Assembly: GCA_963765765.1 (NCBI GenBank)
Contig: CAVXYC010000014.1
Location: 256,001-320,000, forward strand
Origin: an uncultured Chloroflexia bacterium
GTDB lineage: Bacteria; Chloroflexota; UBA6077; JACCZL01
Direction of reading: 5' to 3'
Length of the DNA stretch: 64,000 nt
Position numbers and translations under genes: made by a program. Each line of letters opens with the position of its first letter. Positions within the stretch are counted from its first letter, which is position 1. A model generated the notes under the pieces. That model had not been told where the DNA came from and ran no database searches. It was given only the letters and a program-made list of their open reading frames with translations. Positions 12,460-23,066 of this stretch are shown one piece after another.

Positions 12460-12890
12460 CCTGGGGCCTTGTCATGTTGAGGGCGAAGCATCTCCCGGAC
12501 ATCGGCGCGGCCGTCCGGGGAGTCTTTGCCTTGCTATGAAAATAGCACGATGTGTCTGGGCATATCTGCATCATCAGCTGAGCTTCGCTCCGCCCCTTTT
12601 TATCCGCCGGTGGTACCCCAGCGGGGGATCCACACTCCTATGAACGTGTCATCACCGGCCGTTGGCCTACCAGTGAGTCCGCCCAGAAGCAGCATCGCCG
12701 TCTGCGGAGCGGCCCGAGCCAACCCCAGCATACCCACCTGCGGCGGGAGAACCTGTGTGCTCGTACATTTGCCAGGCCCTGGCAACCATCGTGACGTGTG
12801 CCCAGGCTAGACAGCACCAGGCCCGAACAGAAAATGCGAAACGGCCTGTGAGGAGCGCCCAGTTCTTCTCGACCTTCGGCCTTAGACCGG
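12460..12890 (-). pseudogene. Degenerate N-terminal fragment of a third MFS paralogue
   Basis: Broken frames give VARAWQMYEHTGSP / QVGMLGLARAAPQTAMLLLGGL, matching the two upstream MFS genes. Confidence 0.7.
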
Positions 12891-12920
12891 ACTCATCGGA
12901 TGGGTACACGCCAATACCTA

Positions 12921-14195
12921 TCATCGGGCGGGAGTGAAATGTCGAAAATCGTAAGTTCGAATACGTGCTGGCAGAGCAGCCAGCGCGCAAACCAGAAGCA
13001 CGATAATGCCACCGCTCACTCCCGACGCAACGGGCCCCAGGGACTCAGCCACAAGGCCGGAGCGAAACTGCCCGAGCTGTGGGCCGCTGCTCGTAAAGAT
13101 CGAGTTCACCGACATCACACGTCCACGCAACGCGTCAGTGACACTGAGCTGATTGATTGTTCCTCGTACAACGGCGCTGAACGTATCACCCGCTCCGGTG
13201 ATTGCCAGGAATAGCACTGACATCCAGAATACGGTGGAGACAGAGAATAGGACCGTGCCAACGCCGAAGACGACGAGTCCAAGGATGACACACAACCCGG
13301 GCTTGCGCACTTGTCCAATCACGCTGAGAGCCACTGCGACCACAAGTGAACCGGTGGCGCTGGCCGCGTAAAGCAGTCCGAGTCCAGCGGGTCCCACGCT
13401 GAGGATGTCGCGCGCGTACACCGGCAGAAGGGCGCGAGGCGTTCCGAAGAGGTTGGCCACCAGGTCTAGCCCCAGGAGTAACGCAATGACGGGATGATGC
13501 CAAACAAACGCGAGTCCCTCTCCAAGGGCCCCGAACGACACAGTGCCCCTCACAACACTCTTGTCAGCCTTCTGCACGACAATGAGCACGGCCGCCAGCA
13601 TTGCAAACCAGGAGCAAGCGTCCGCCGCGTAACACCAAGCTGGGCTGGAAAATGCGAGCAGCAGACCGGCCAATGATGGCCCGAGAATCGTAGCGACCTT
13701 ATTTTGACTGACGTTTAGGGCTAAGGCACTAGCGAGCGCGGAGCGCGGCACCAGAGTAAGCACTAGCGATTGACGGGTTGGATTCTCCATTGCCGTGCAA
13801 AGCGCTAGAAATATGGTTGCGAGATAGAGCAATGTGGGCGTGGCGCTGCCCGACGCGGTAAGCAAAGCCAATGACAGCGAGATACAGCATTGAGCGACCT
13901 GCAGGGTCATCAGCATCCGACGGCGGTCGATTGCGTCCGCGAGCAGGCCACCAAGGAGCAGCATGCATGATTGCGGAATCGCCCGAGCGAGTCCGATCAT
14001 GCCAACCTGGAGCGGCGAGTCGGTAAGCTCGTACATCTGCCAGGCCATGGCAACGAGCGTGAACTGGCTGCCCAGTCCAGATAGCACGGCGCCCGACCAG
14101 AAGATTCGAAATCGACGATGCAGGAGCGCTGCCGGCAGCCTCTTTTTCTTCTGAGGCGCGCTTGCTCCTGCTACGTCAATGGTTCCTTGTGTCAG
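12921..14195 (-). CDS. MFS transporter (EntS/DHA3-like); start uncertain
   Basis: GGLLADAIDRRR motif A, many hydrophobic segments, LRGRV. Confidence 0.9.
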   Translation of the reverse strand: MTQGTIDVAGASAPQKKKRLPAALLHRRFRIFWSGAVLSGLGSQFTLVAMAWQMYELTDSPLQVGMIGLARAIPQSCMLLLGGLLADAIDRRRMLMTLQVAQCCISLSLALLTASGSATPTLLYLATIFLALCTAMENPTRQSLVLTLVPRSALASALALNVSQNKVATILGPSLAGLLLAFSSPAWCYAADACSWFAMLAAVLIVVQKADKSVVRGTVSFGALGEGLAFVWHHPVIALLLGLDLVANLFGTPRALLPVYARDILSVGPAGLGLLYAASATGSLVVAVALSVIGQVRKPGLCVILGLVVFGVGTVLFSVSTVFWMSVLFLAITGAGDTFSAVVRGTINQLSVTDALRGRVMSVNSIFTSSGPQLGQFRSGLVAESLGPVASGVSGGIIVLLVCALAALPARIRTYDFRHFTPAR

Positions 14196-14225
14196 TTTCT
14201 CGCCTTGCCTTCCACTCGAGCGCGT

Positions 14226-15446
14226 CTACGATACCCTCGTTGGCTTCAGCTCGAACTTCCTCAGCAATGGATAGGCGAGCAGCACGCCCGCGGCGCCCAG
14301 CACCACAACGCCGCCGCTGAACGCGGCGGCCTCGGCCCCCCACCGTTGCGCTACTGCGCCCGCCCGGAACTGGCCCATCGCCGGTCCGCCGTTCGAGAAC
14401 AGCGCGTTAACCGACCAGACGCGGCCACGCAGGTTATCGGGAGTGCTGAGCTGATTGATGGTCCCGCGCATCACCGCCGCCAGCGTGTCTCCAACGCCAG
14501 CAATGCCCAGACCAATCAATGCCAGCCAGAAGACGGGCGACACAGCGAAGACCATATTGCCAACCGCGAACACCACAAACCCGATGATGAAGCCGAGCCC
14601 CGCGCGGCGAATTTGAGGACGCGTGCTGATGACCGTGGCAGCGATCAACGCGCCGGTGGCTTCCGCCGCGTAAAGCATGCCGAGGCCCGTTGGCCCCACT
14701 CCAAGAATGTCGCGTGCATAGACGGGCAGGAGCGCTTGCGGGGTCCCGAAGAAAGTCACCACGAAGTCTGACAGGACCGTCGTTCTGATGATCGGATTGG
14801 TCCAAACAAACGAGATTCCCTCGTGCAGCGCACCGAGCGTCACGCCGCCACGACCGCTTGTGATCGCGCTCGCGGGCCGAATCATGAAGAGTGCACTGAG
14901 CATGACGCACCACGAAACAGCGTCGCAGGCATAGCACCAAACCGGGCCCGCAACACCCAGCAGCACGCCAGCCAGGGATGGGCCCAGGATGGCTCCCGCA
15001 GATCGCTGCGTACCATTGAGCGCTAGCGCACTCGAGAGATCGTCGGCCGGAACAAGGTTGGGAACAATCGCCTGGCGTGCTGGGGTCTCGAGCGCATTGA
15101 ACAGCGCCAGTGCCGCGGCGCAGATGTACAACGTCAGCGGCGATACCAGGCCCAGCACGGACGTCGCGAGTAGGCTCAAAGAAACCAGGAGCTGCCCGCC
15201 CTGAGTGAGGGACAAAAGCCGACGGCGGTCAAACGCATCCGCCAGCAGTCCGCCGAAGAGCATCATCGCCATGGAGGGCAGTGCACGCGAGAGACCAATG
15301 AGGCCCACCTGCAACGGCGAGTCAGTGAGCTCGTACATCTGCCAGGCCATGGCGACAACGGTGAACTGGCTGCCCATGCTGGACAGCGCCAATCCTGACC
15401 AGAACAGCCGAAAGTCGCGATGCCGAAAGGCCGGGGGGAGTGTCAG
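14226..15446 (-). CDS. MFS transporter, tandem paralogue; start uncertain
   Basis: AWQMYELTDSPLQVG identical to neighbour; GGLLADAFDRRR. Confidence 0.9.
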   Translation of the reverse strand: MTLPPAFRHRDFRLFWSGLALSSMGSQFTVVAMAWQMYELTDSPLQVGLIGLSRALPSMAMMLFGGLLADAFDRRRLLSLTQGGQLLVSLSLLATSVLGLVSPLTLYICAAALALFNALETPARQAIVPNLVPADDLSSALALNGTQRSAGAILGPSLAGVLLGVAGPVWCYACDAVSWCVMLSALFMIRPASAITSGRGGVTLGALHEGISFVWTNPIIRTTVLSDFVVTFFGTPQALLPVYARDILGVGPTGLGMLYAAEATGALIAATVISTRPQIRRAGLGFIIGFVVFAVGNMVFAVSPVFWLALIGLGIAGVGDTLAAVMRGTINQLSTPDNLRGRVWSVNALFSNGGPAMGQFRAGAVAQRWGAEAAAFSGGVVVLGAAGVLLAYPLLRKFELKPTRVS

Positions 15447-15486
15447 AAGTGCGTCTCCTTCTGACTGTCCCCCGAGTGCGGCACGA

Positions 15487-16674
15487 TTAGCTGATAGCCC
15501 GCTTGACCACGTCCACGTTCTTCTTGATCATCTCGTACTCAATCTTCTTGCGGGCCGTGAAGGTTTCGCTGTTCATCGCGACGATGTCGGGCTCCACGCC
15601 GGTCTGCTTTGCCCATGCGAGGAACTCCGGGTCCGCAAGCGCGTTCAGCGTCGCCTGCTCCAGAACCTTCACGCGGTCAGCCGGCGTGTTCTTGACAACT
15701 GAGAAGCCGACAATTTGGCCACCCATGGAGACCAGCTCGTCCGCATTTGGAAGTCCGGCCTCGCGCGGGGTTGGGGCATCGGGGATGAGCGGGTCGCGGG
15801 CGTCCTTGAGTACCAGGAGCGAGCGAATATCACCGGAGTCAACGAATTGCGAGGTTGACGAGATTGGCTGGAACACATGCAGGTCCAGATCGCCCCTCAC
15901 CATTGCCGGAACAAGGTCGCCTGTCCCGCCGAAGCCGCCCACGTGGACCACGTTCTTGAGACCGATCAGCTCCGCAAAAACGGCGTTACTCGGGAGGAAA
16001 CCACCGATTCCGTTGTTGCCCATGCGGATCCGCTCGCCGGCCTTGTCCGCCGCTACGACGTCCGCGATGGTCTTGAACTTCGAGTCCTTTCCGGTACCCA
16101 CGTAGGGAAGCTGCTGGCGAATACCAGTCACCCAGATCCAGGTGGTCAGATCAAAGCCCTCCGCGGGGTCGATAAACGTGCTCAGATAGATGTTCTGGTC
16201 GCCAACGAACATGATGGTGTGGCCGTCCGCGGGCGCCTGCTCAAACTGACGCGCAGCGATGCGCTGGTTGCCACCAGGCACGTTCTTCACTACTACTGCT
16301 TGGCCCAGTTGACGGCCCAACGGAGTGGAGAGCTGCCGAGCCACCGCGTCATAGCCGCCTCCTGGCGGGTAGGGAATAATGATCTCGATAGGCTTCGTTG
16401 GGAAGTCAGCCAGTTTTGCGACGGGTTTGGGCACATTGGCCGCCGCCGCTGCGGGCGCCGCGGCGGCAGGAGAGGCAGCGGGTGACGCAGCCGCCCCGGG
16501 TGATGCGGCTACCGCCGGTGACGCCGCGGCGGCCGGCTTAGCCGCGGGGGATGCCTCGGTCTTAGGCGCGGCCGTTGGTGATGGCGTGGCAGCGGGGGAA
16601 CATGCGAGCAACAGTGCCCCCAATCCCATGGCCAGTACGCTCTGAACGCGAGACCGCGTTACGCTAATGCTCAT
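15487..16674 (-). CDS. TctC/Bug-family substrate-binding lipoprotein with Ala/Pro-rich linker
   Basis: Lipobox LLAC, FPTKPIEIIIPYPPGGGYD, VVVKNVPG, PADGHT. Confidence 0.88.
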   Translation of the reverse strand: MSISVTRSRVQSVLAMGLGALLLACSPAATPSPTAAPKTEASPAAKPAAAASPAVAASPGAAASPAASPAAAAPAAAAANVPKPVAKLADFPTKPIEIIIPYPPGGGYDAVARQLSTPLGRQLGQAVVVKNVPGGNQRIAARQFEQAPADGHTIMFVGDQNIYLSTFIDPAEGFDLTTWIWVTGIRQQLPYVGTGKDSKFKTIADVVAADKAGERIRMGNNGIGGFLPSNAVFAELIGLKNVVHVGGFGGTGDLVPAMVRGDLDLHVFQPISSTSQFVDSGDIRSLLVLKDARDPLIPDAPTPREAGLPNADELVSMGGQIVGFSVVKNTPADRVKVLEQATLNALADPEFLAWAKQTGVEPDIVAMNSETFTARKKIEYEMIKKNVDVVKRAIS

Positions 16675-16824
16675 CTCAGTCAGACCTCCACTTCGCTCCC
16701 GACCACGGCAACAGGCCTGGTCACTGGTTGAACGCTTCACGCGGGCTACCGCGTGAAGCAGGGCCAACGTACCGAGAAACAGAAGCTGGACGGGACAGGT
16801 ATCACCCCGCCAGCCGAATGACCG

Positions 16825-17884
16825 CTATCGTAGCGCGGGCATGACGTGCGATGCGAAGAGCTCCATCGACCGCCGTGTCTTGGCGTCTGAGATGCCGCCG
16901 AAATTCATCCAGCAGACCATCTCTCCCACGCCTGCCTCTTGCAGCTCGCGAGCCTTGCCGGCAACGGTTTCCGGAGAGCCGATGACGAGTGGCCCCGCGA
17001 GCAGATCCTCCCACTTGTGCGAGCGGAGATTGGCGATGAAGCTTTCCGCCTGTTTTCGGATCTCTGGATCCAGATTGGTCCACTTTGCGGGGCTCATCGA
17101 ACGTGCCATCGAATCCAGGAACCACATCTCGGCATCTCTGGCATCCGCCTGTGCCTCAGCGTCCGTGGGTGCTACGTACACGTGCTTCGTGACGGTCCAC
17201 TGATCCAACAAACGCCGGCGCTCATCCGGCGAGTGGTGTTTCTGGAGCTCCTCGCCGTAAATTTGGAGACTTTCCTTATTACGGCTCAGCGGCGTGTGTA
17301 GACCCGAGCTCAGCATGCGGAGGCCGTGGCGAGCTGCCCATCGAATGGAGTCCTCACTGGTGACTGCCATGGCTAGCGGCGGATGTGGCCGTGAATCCGG
17401 CTTCGGGTGCACGGGTATCCCGGGAATGGTCCAGTGCCGCCCCTCGAAATGCACTTCGTCCTTGGTCCAGGCCTGCATGGCGATCTCCATGGCCTCTTCC
17501 AGGCGCGTGCGGCTCTCCTTCTGAGGGATTCGGTAGCCCATGAATTCCGTGGGGCGATTCCCGCGGCCGATGCCCACGATGAACCGGCCGCTGCCGATGA
17601 TGTCCAGCGTGGCCATCTCCTCGGCGAAGCGGATCGGATCATGAAATGGCAGCACGTACACGGCGAGCCCAACCTTCAGTGTCGTTGTCCGACTCAAGAC
17701 CGCGGAGGCGAGAACGCTGGGAGACGCGGAGAGGCCATAGTCGGCGAAGTGGTGCTCTGTCAGCCAAACGGTGTCGTATCCCAGACGATTCCGCATAGAC
17801 CATCTGCTCTACCTCAGTGCGGATAATCTCCGCTTCCGAGGCGCCTTCAGGCCGCTGCAGGAAGTAGTACATTCCGAATTTCAT
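16825..17884 (-). CDS. LLM-class (luciferase-like) flavin-dependent monooxygenase, frameshift near 17787
   Basis: MKFGMY...YAE joins LGYDTVWLTEHHF; DPIRFAEEMATLD; GSPETV. Confidence 0.88.
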
Positions 17885-17930
17885 CGTGTCTCCTGAACCG
17901 TTCGACTAGGTTGCGATCCCCTCAGGCCGG

Positions 17931-18014
17931 TGTCATCTTGAGCGCAGCGAAGGATCTTCCCTGCCGAACTTGATGGACAGCGTTGGGAAGATCCTTCGTG
18001 CGCTCGGGATGGCA
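17931..18014. repeat. REP/REPIN-like long inverted repeat
   Basis: TGTCATCTTGAGCGCAGCGAAGGATCTTCCC ... GGGAAGATCCTTCGTGCGCTCGGGATGGCA. Confidence 0.8.
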
Positions 18015-18062
18015 GCTTAACCGGCCCGTTGATTCGACTATTGGATTGACAGTAGCCAATTA

Positions 18063-18842
18063 CTAGACGTACGCGCCGCCATTAATGGCGATGATCTGCC
18101 CGGTAATGTACCGAGCCTGATCCGACGCGAGGAAGACACACATCGCGGCGATCTCATCTGGGTGTCCCTGGCGGCCGATCGGCACCACACGGCTCTGACG
18201 ATGCGCCGGCCTGGCGCCACCGGCGGATTCTCCGCGCACGGTATCTATTGTGCCGGGGGACACTCCATTCACAGTGATGCCTCGATCCGCGTACTCAATG
18301 GCCAGCGCTTTGGTAAACCCGATGATCCCGGACTTCGCCGTAATGACGTGAGCCCGCTGCGCAGCCCCGGTGTGGGCCGTGAGGCCCACGAGGTTGATGA
18401 TGGTCCCCGAGCTGGCCGAGATCATCCTGCCAATCACTGCCTGCGCACAGAAAAACGCGCCGTCCAGCGTCACGCCGATCGCTTCATGCCACAGCTCCAC
18501 CGGCAGCTCTTCGAACGAGGCTTCCTTGCGCACTGCCGCGTTGTTCACCAGCACATTGATCGGCCCGAGCGACTCGACGGCGGCTTCTACCATGCTAATG
18601 ACAGCAGCCTGGTCCCGCACATCCGCTACAGCCACGTGAGCTCGCCTTCCGCGCGATCGCACCTCATCAGCCAGGCGCTCAGCCTCGCCGGCACTGCTAT
18701 GCGCGTGAATGACCACGTCTGCACCCGAATCGGCGTAGGCAATGGTAATAGCCCGGCCGATATTGTGAGCCGCACCAGTAACGAGCGCGACTCGGCCTTT
18801 GAGCGGCTCAGCGCCGAGAAGTGGTCCTGGCGATTCAGGCAT
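18063..18842 (-). CDS. SDR-family oxidoreductase
   Basis: TGAAHNIG, VNNAA, YITGQ; catalytic YxxxK appears as VITAK. Confidence 0.9.
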   Translation of the reverse strand: MPESPGPLLGAEPLKGRVALVTGAAHNIGRAITIAYADSGADVVIHAHSSAGEAERLADEVRSRGRRAHVAVADVRDQAAVISMVEAAVESLGPINVLVNNAAVRKEASFEELPVELWHEAIGVTLDGAFFCAQAVIGRMISASSGTIINLVGLTAHTGAAQRAHVITAKSGIIGFTKALAIEYADRGITVNGVSPGTIDTVRGESAGGARPAHRQSRVVPIGRQGHPDEIAAMCVFLASDQARYITGQIIAINGGAYV

Positions 18843-18845
18843 TGA

Positions 18846-19826
18846 TCAGCCTCCGCTGGGCAGTTCTCTGTATCCCGAGAATGAGAGCTCTGTTGCGAGA
18901 TCGCGGACACGAGCGCCAAGGCGAGCGATTCGTGCGCCCGATAGGCGCTCACTCGGCGCCACCACTCCGATCGCGGCGATAGAGAGCGGGCTTCCAAAGA
19001 CGAGCCACGATGAAACGCCAGTCACACCTACGATGGAGTCCTGTTCGTCAACCGCGTATCCTCGTTGCCTGGTACGTTGGATCGCCTGCTGGATCTGCCC
19101 GGTTTCAATGAGCTGCCGTTCTTCAGGACCTCGTCGAGCATACCCGTCCAGCACTCGGTTGAGCTCCCCTGGCGTTAGGGCGGCAAGCAACGCCTTACCC
19201 TGGGGGCCTGGGGGGACCAGCGGTCGACGCCCATCAAGCGGGCGCACTCCGAGGGCGTGAGTCGGAGTGCGCGAGTCGACTGCCACAACTTCGGACGTAT
19301 CCATGTCCGCGCGCGAGAGGATGACCGTCTCGCCAGTCTCGGCAGAAAGCGTCTCGATAGCACTGCTGGCCAGGGTTGTAAGCGAGATACGATTTCGCGC
19401 AATCATGCCGAGCTCGTACACGCGAAAGCCGAGCTCATACCGGCCATCGACGGTGCGCTGCACGAGACCCCGCGAGATGAGCGATCTGATGAGACGATGG
19501 GCTGTCGGCTTGGGCAATGAACAGCTCTCGGCGATCTCGCCCAGCGTGAGTACCGGTTGACGATGCGTGAACGCCAGCAGGATGTCCGCGGCTCGGTCAA
19601 CTGATTGCGCGCCCCCAAGACTCCCTCGTGAAGGGCTGGGCGAAGGCACCGGGGACGCACGCGATGAGCGATGCTCGCTCACGGCTCTTGGTCCGACCAA
19701 GGAGCGGCTTCTGGAGTCGCGGATATCGTCACCGCCGCTCTCCGAACCAGCTACGGTGGATGAGCTTTTGTGCTTCACTGTCATCACGGCAACGAGTATA
19801 GCGCCGCCGGAAACGGTTCGGGACAT
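18846..19826 (-). CDS. IclR-family transcriptional regulator; start may be downstream
   Basis: QSVDRA..IL, LPKPTAHRL HTH, TGET, RGYAVD. Confidence 0.9.
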   Translation of the reverse strand: MSRTVSGGAILVAVMTVKHKSSSTVAGSESGGDDIRDSRSRSLVGPRAVSEHRSSRASPVPSPSPSRGSLGGAQSVDRAADILLAFTHRQPVLTLGEIAESCSLPKPTAHRLIRSLISRGLVQRTVDGRYELGFRVYELGMIARNRISLTTLASSAIETLSAETGETVILSRADMDTSEVVAVDSRTPTHALGVRPLDGRRPLVPPGPQGKALLAALTPGELNRVLDGYARRGPEERQLIETGQIQQAIQRTRQRGYAVDEQDSIVGVTGVSSWLVFGSPLSIAAIGVVAPSERLSGARIARLGARVRDLATELSFSGYRELPSGG

Positions 19827-19990
19827 CGAGTATTTCGGCTAATCTCTCGAAACCTCAGGCGCTGGTGAGACATCGGAATTCAAGCAAATTGGACTGGACT
19901 ACCCACCAAATGGTTCATCGGGCACACGGCTTGCAACTCCGCTCGTCACTTTCTCGTCTAACTAAACGCGAACAACGCACGGAGGCGGCA

Positions 19991-20308
19991 ATGACCACCA
20001 ATGAAACACCACCCCAGGGAGAGCCGACCCGCAAGAACTGGCAGGAGGAGCTCAACGCTACAGGCGATGAGCTGATCAATCGCGTCAAGGGAGTTGTAAC
20101 AGAGGGCAACGTCCGTCGAATCATCATCAAGCAGGAGGACCGTACCCTGGTAGAGCTGCCACTCACCATTGGAGTCGTAGGCGTCCTGCTTGCCCCGCAG
20201 CTCGCGGCCATCGGCGCAATCGCCGCACTGGTGACCCGCTGCACTATTGCGGTGGAGCGGGAAGGCAGCCACGAAGACAGCAATACTGATTCGTCAAACA
20301 TCCTGTAA
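19991..20308 (+). CDS. DUF4342-like protein
   Basis: EGNVRRIIIK...ELPLTIG...CTIAVER; GGAGG RBS. Confidence 0.8.
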   Translation: MTTNETPPQGEPTRKNWQEELNATGDELINRVKGVVTEGNVRRIIIKQEDRTLVELPLTIGVVGVLLAPQLAAIGAIAALVTRCTIAVEREGSHEDSNTDSSNIL

Positions 20309-20394
20309 GCCCGTCTCGCGAGGAAGCGCTCTGCCTGCTTGGCGACCTGGGGTGGGTTGGCTTCCACTACTGAAGCTAACCCATGAGCTTCCAA

Positions 20395-20982
20395 CTAGTT
20401 AAACCGCCCCGTCAACACGATGTACCCGATGCGCTCGAGCTCACGGAACGTGAGCCGGCGCGTCTCCCGATCATTCCACCAGCCCACTTTCCGCCAGGCG
20501 CTGTCAGGGGCGGACCTTGGAATGATTCGGATGTCTGTCCCCTGCAACACGGACTTAAACGTAAGAGTCGCGCGGTGCAGATGGTAGGGTGAAGTCACCA
20601 GAATCGCGGAGTTCATGCCGTTAGACACCATGATCTGACGCGTGTACACGGCGTTGCCAAATGTGTCCATGGCCTCAGGCTCGAGGAGCATGGCACCTGG
20701 TGGCACTCCGAGCTTCACCGCGGTCATCTCCATCGCGCGCGCGTTTGACAACACACCGTCTTGTGCTGCCCCGGAGAAAATCAGTTTGGGTGCCCAACCG
20801 GCTCTGAAGAGGCGAATCCCCTCGCTGAGCCGCGCCTGGCTCTCGTCGCCGCTGATGACAACAATCACGTCAGCGCGCTCGAGCGGCGGTTGAGGTCCTT
20901 CGAGCAAAAATCCGAAGCCTGTGAGCGCAACAGCGGCGACGACGAATGCGCCAAGACACCCGAGAACCAGTAGACGAAGCAT
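20395..20982 (-). CDS. YdcF/DUF218-family protein
   Basis: ADVIVVISG, LIFSG, DTFGNA, LVTSPYHLHRA. Confidence 0.85.
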   Translation of the reverse strand: MLRLLVLGCLGAFVVAAVALTGFGFLLEGPQPPLERADVIVVISGDESQARLSEGIRLFRAGWAPKLIFSGAAQDGVLSNARAMEMTAVKLGVPPGAMLLEPEAMDTFGNAVYTRQIMVSNGMNSAILVTSPYHLHRATLTFKSVLQGTDIRIIPRSAPDSAWRKVGWWNDRETRRLTFRELERIGYIVLTGRFN

Positions 20983-21110
20983 AGTGGAAAGTGCATGTCA
21001 GGGCCGGTGAAGCACCTGTCTTGGCATTGTCATCCAGACGCCCTGGAACTGTAGTATACCGACCGCTTACGCTCATCAATGCAAATGGGCTGAGTGGAGG
21101 ATCGACTCCA

Positions 21111-21854
21111 GTGATTCCGTGGCTACTGACACTCGCCGTGGCGCCGGCAATTTTCTGGATGTGGTGGTTCTATCGTAAAGACCGCTTCGATCCTGAGCCC
21201 CGCGGACTGGTACTCAAGATCTTCCTGCTCGGCATGCTTCCTGTGCTCCCCGCGGGGGTCCTGGAAGTCGTGCTCTTCAATATGGTGCCGGCGCTCACGG
21301 GAGCCAGCCTCCTGGCGATTGCCGCCGGCAACATGTTAGTGGTCGGTCCGATCGAGGAATATGGAAAGTATCTCGTCGTGAAGCGATGGGCGACTCGACA
21401 CGCGGCCTTTAACGAGCCGCTGGATGGCATTGTCTACGCCGCCGCCGCCGCGCTGGGTTTCGCGGCACTGGAGAACTTCTTCTACCTACTGGACAACGGC
21501 GCCTGGCTCATTCTCTTACGCGGACCGCTTTCTACGCTGCACCATGTGCTCTTCTCGGCGTTGTGGGGATACGCGCTGGGCATGGCCAGCATTCAGACGG
21601 ACCCACACGAGGCCAGCAAACTCGTTCGAAACGGGCTCATCATGGGCTCGCTGGGGCACGGACTCTCGAATACGCTTCTGCTGGCTGGACAGTCGGAGAG
21701 CACACTCGTATGGGGACCGCTGCTGGCAATTCTATTCGCCGTATTCCTTTATCGTCAGGTGGCAAAGAACATAGCCACATCGCTCGCCAACTCGCCGCTA
21801 GAGCTCACGGCGAAGCCCGGCCATCTGAAGAACACCGGCTCCGCGAATCCCTAG
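21111..21854 (+). CDS. prsW: PrsW-family intramembrane protease
   Basis: DRFDPEP, IEEYGK, GFAALEN, HGLSN. Confidence 0.85.
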   Translation: MIPWLLTLAVAPAIFWMWWFYRKDRFDPEPRGLVLKIFLLGMLPVLPAGVLEVVLFNMVPALTGASLLAIAAGNMLVVGPIEEYGKYLVVKRWATRHAAFNEPLDGIVYAAAAALGFAALENFFYLLDNGAWLILLRGPLSTLHHVLFSALWGYALGMASIQTDPHEASKLVRNGLIMGSLGHGLSNTLLLAGQSESTLVWGPLLAILFAVFLYRQVAKNIATSLANSPLELTAKPGHLKNTGSANP

Positions 21855-21982
21855 CATCGCATCGCCGCGGCTCGACAGACCTCGTTTGTGAGATAAGCAT
21901 CTCTGTCTGTTGAGTGGCCAACTCGCCCCTCATGCCTATTTCGCCGCCACAAGCACCCTCGGCCTGTTTCCGTCCGCAGCGC

Positions 21983-23030
21983 CTAGCTCGCGAGAATTCG
22001 CTTGTAGACCTGGACGTATTGGCGAGCCATCTCCTCAACCGAGAAATGGTCTTCCACATGTCGCCGGGAGACGGAAGGATCCACTGAGCTAAGCTTGCGT
22101 ACGGCGGCCACCATTCCGTCCTCATCCTCGCACAAGAAGCCCGTCTCGCCGTCCACAATAACCTCAGGAGCAGCGCCTCGTCGGAGCGCAATGACCGGAG
22201 TGCCACACGCCATGGACTCAGTCATCACCAGCCCAAACGGCTCCTCCCACTGACTGCTGAACAGCGTGCCCCGGGCACGTGCATAAAGCTGGAATTTCTC
22301 GGCCGGTGTGATCTCTCCCAGCAGCGTGACGTCCGCGCCCTTGGCTAGCCAGGGGTCCACGTGCTCATGAAAATACTCTTGCTCATGATGCTCAGTCATC
22401 TTCACGGCCATGACCAGTCGCATGCCGGCCCGTCCCGCCACGCGGACAGCCAGATCAAGTCCCTTTTCCCAGTTTGCCCGGCCAATGAAGAAGAGGTAGT
22501 CCTCCTTCTCTTCCGCTCGGCCGAAGGGCATGGAACGAGCGTCGAGTCCGTTGAGCACCGTCCCCGCGAACTGCACCCCTTGCGCCTCGAAGAGCTCACG
22601 TTGGCGGGCGCTAATGGCCACAAGGCCTCCACGACCGCCCTCCAACATACGCTTTGCTCTGGCCACCGCCTCTGGCACGGCCGGACCGTGAATGGTGTAC
22701 GCGGATTTGGGAACCGGCAACTCAGTCTTCGATGAGGTCCGTGTGATCATGGATGATGTCAACGCCTTCGAGGAATGCCCTCGCGTAAGCGTAGCGTGAG
22801 ATCGACTGGACCAGTGGACGCGAGACTTCCGTCGTCCAATCCTGTCCAATGTGGCGGTCAACGAGGGGAATGAGCCGTGCTGACGTAGTGGAATCCCCGG
22901 TGCCGAACAGCATGACATCATGCCCATTCCGCACGAGGCCCTCGGTGAGATCGTACATGACAAGCTCAATACCGCCGTAGCCTGATGGTGGAATTGGCAG
23001 CCAGGGCGGTGCTATCTGCGCGATCTTCAT
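21983..23030 (-). CDS. Glycosyltransferase family 4, frameshift near 22740
   Basis: MKIAQIAPPW..PPSGYGGIE N-terminus and EPFGLVMTESMACGTPV C-terminus in different frames. Confidence 0.88.
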
Positions 23031-23066
23031 TTTGTGCCTCGCGGATTGGAGCTAATTGTGAATAAC

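Noticed and set aside
14193-15485. CTG start codons for both MFS paralogues
   Set aside because: A one-base homopolymer deletion would put nearby GTG starts in frame, which fits the indel error pattern equally well
16440-16595. Low-complexity GC-rich repeats
   Set aside because: Explained by the Ala/Pro linker of the TctC lipoprotein
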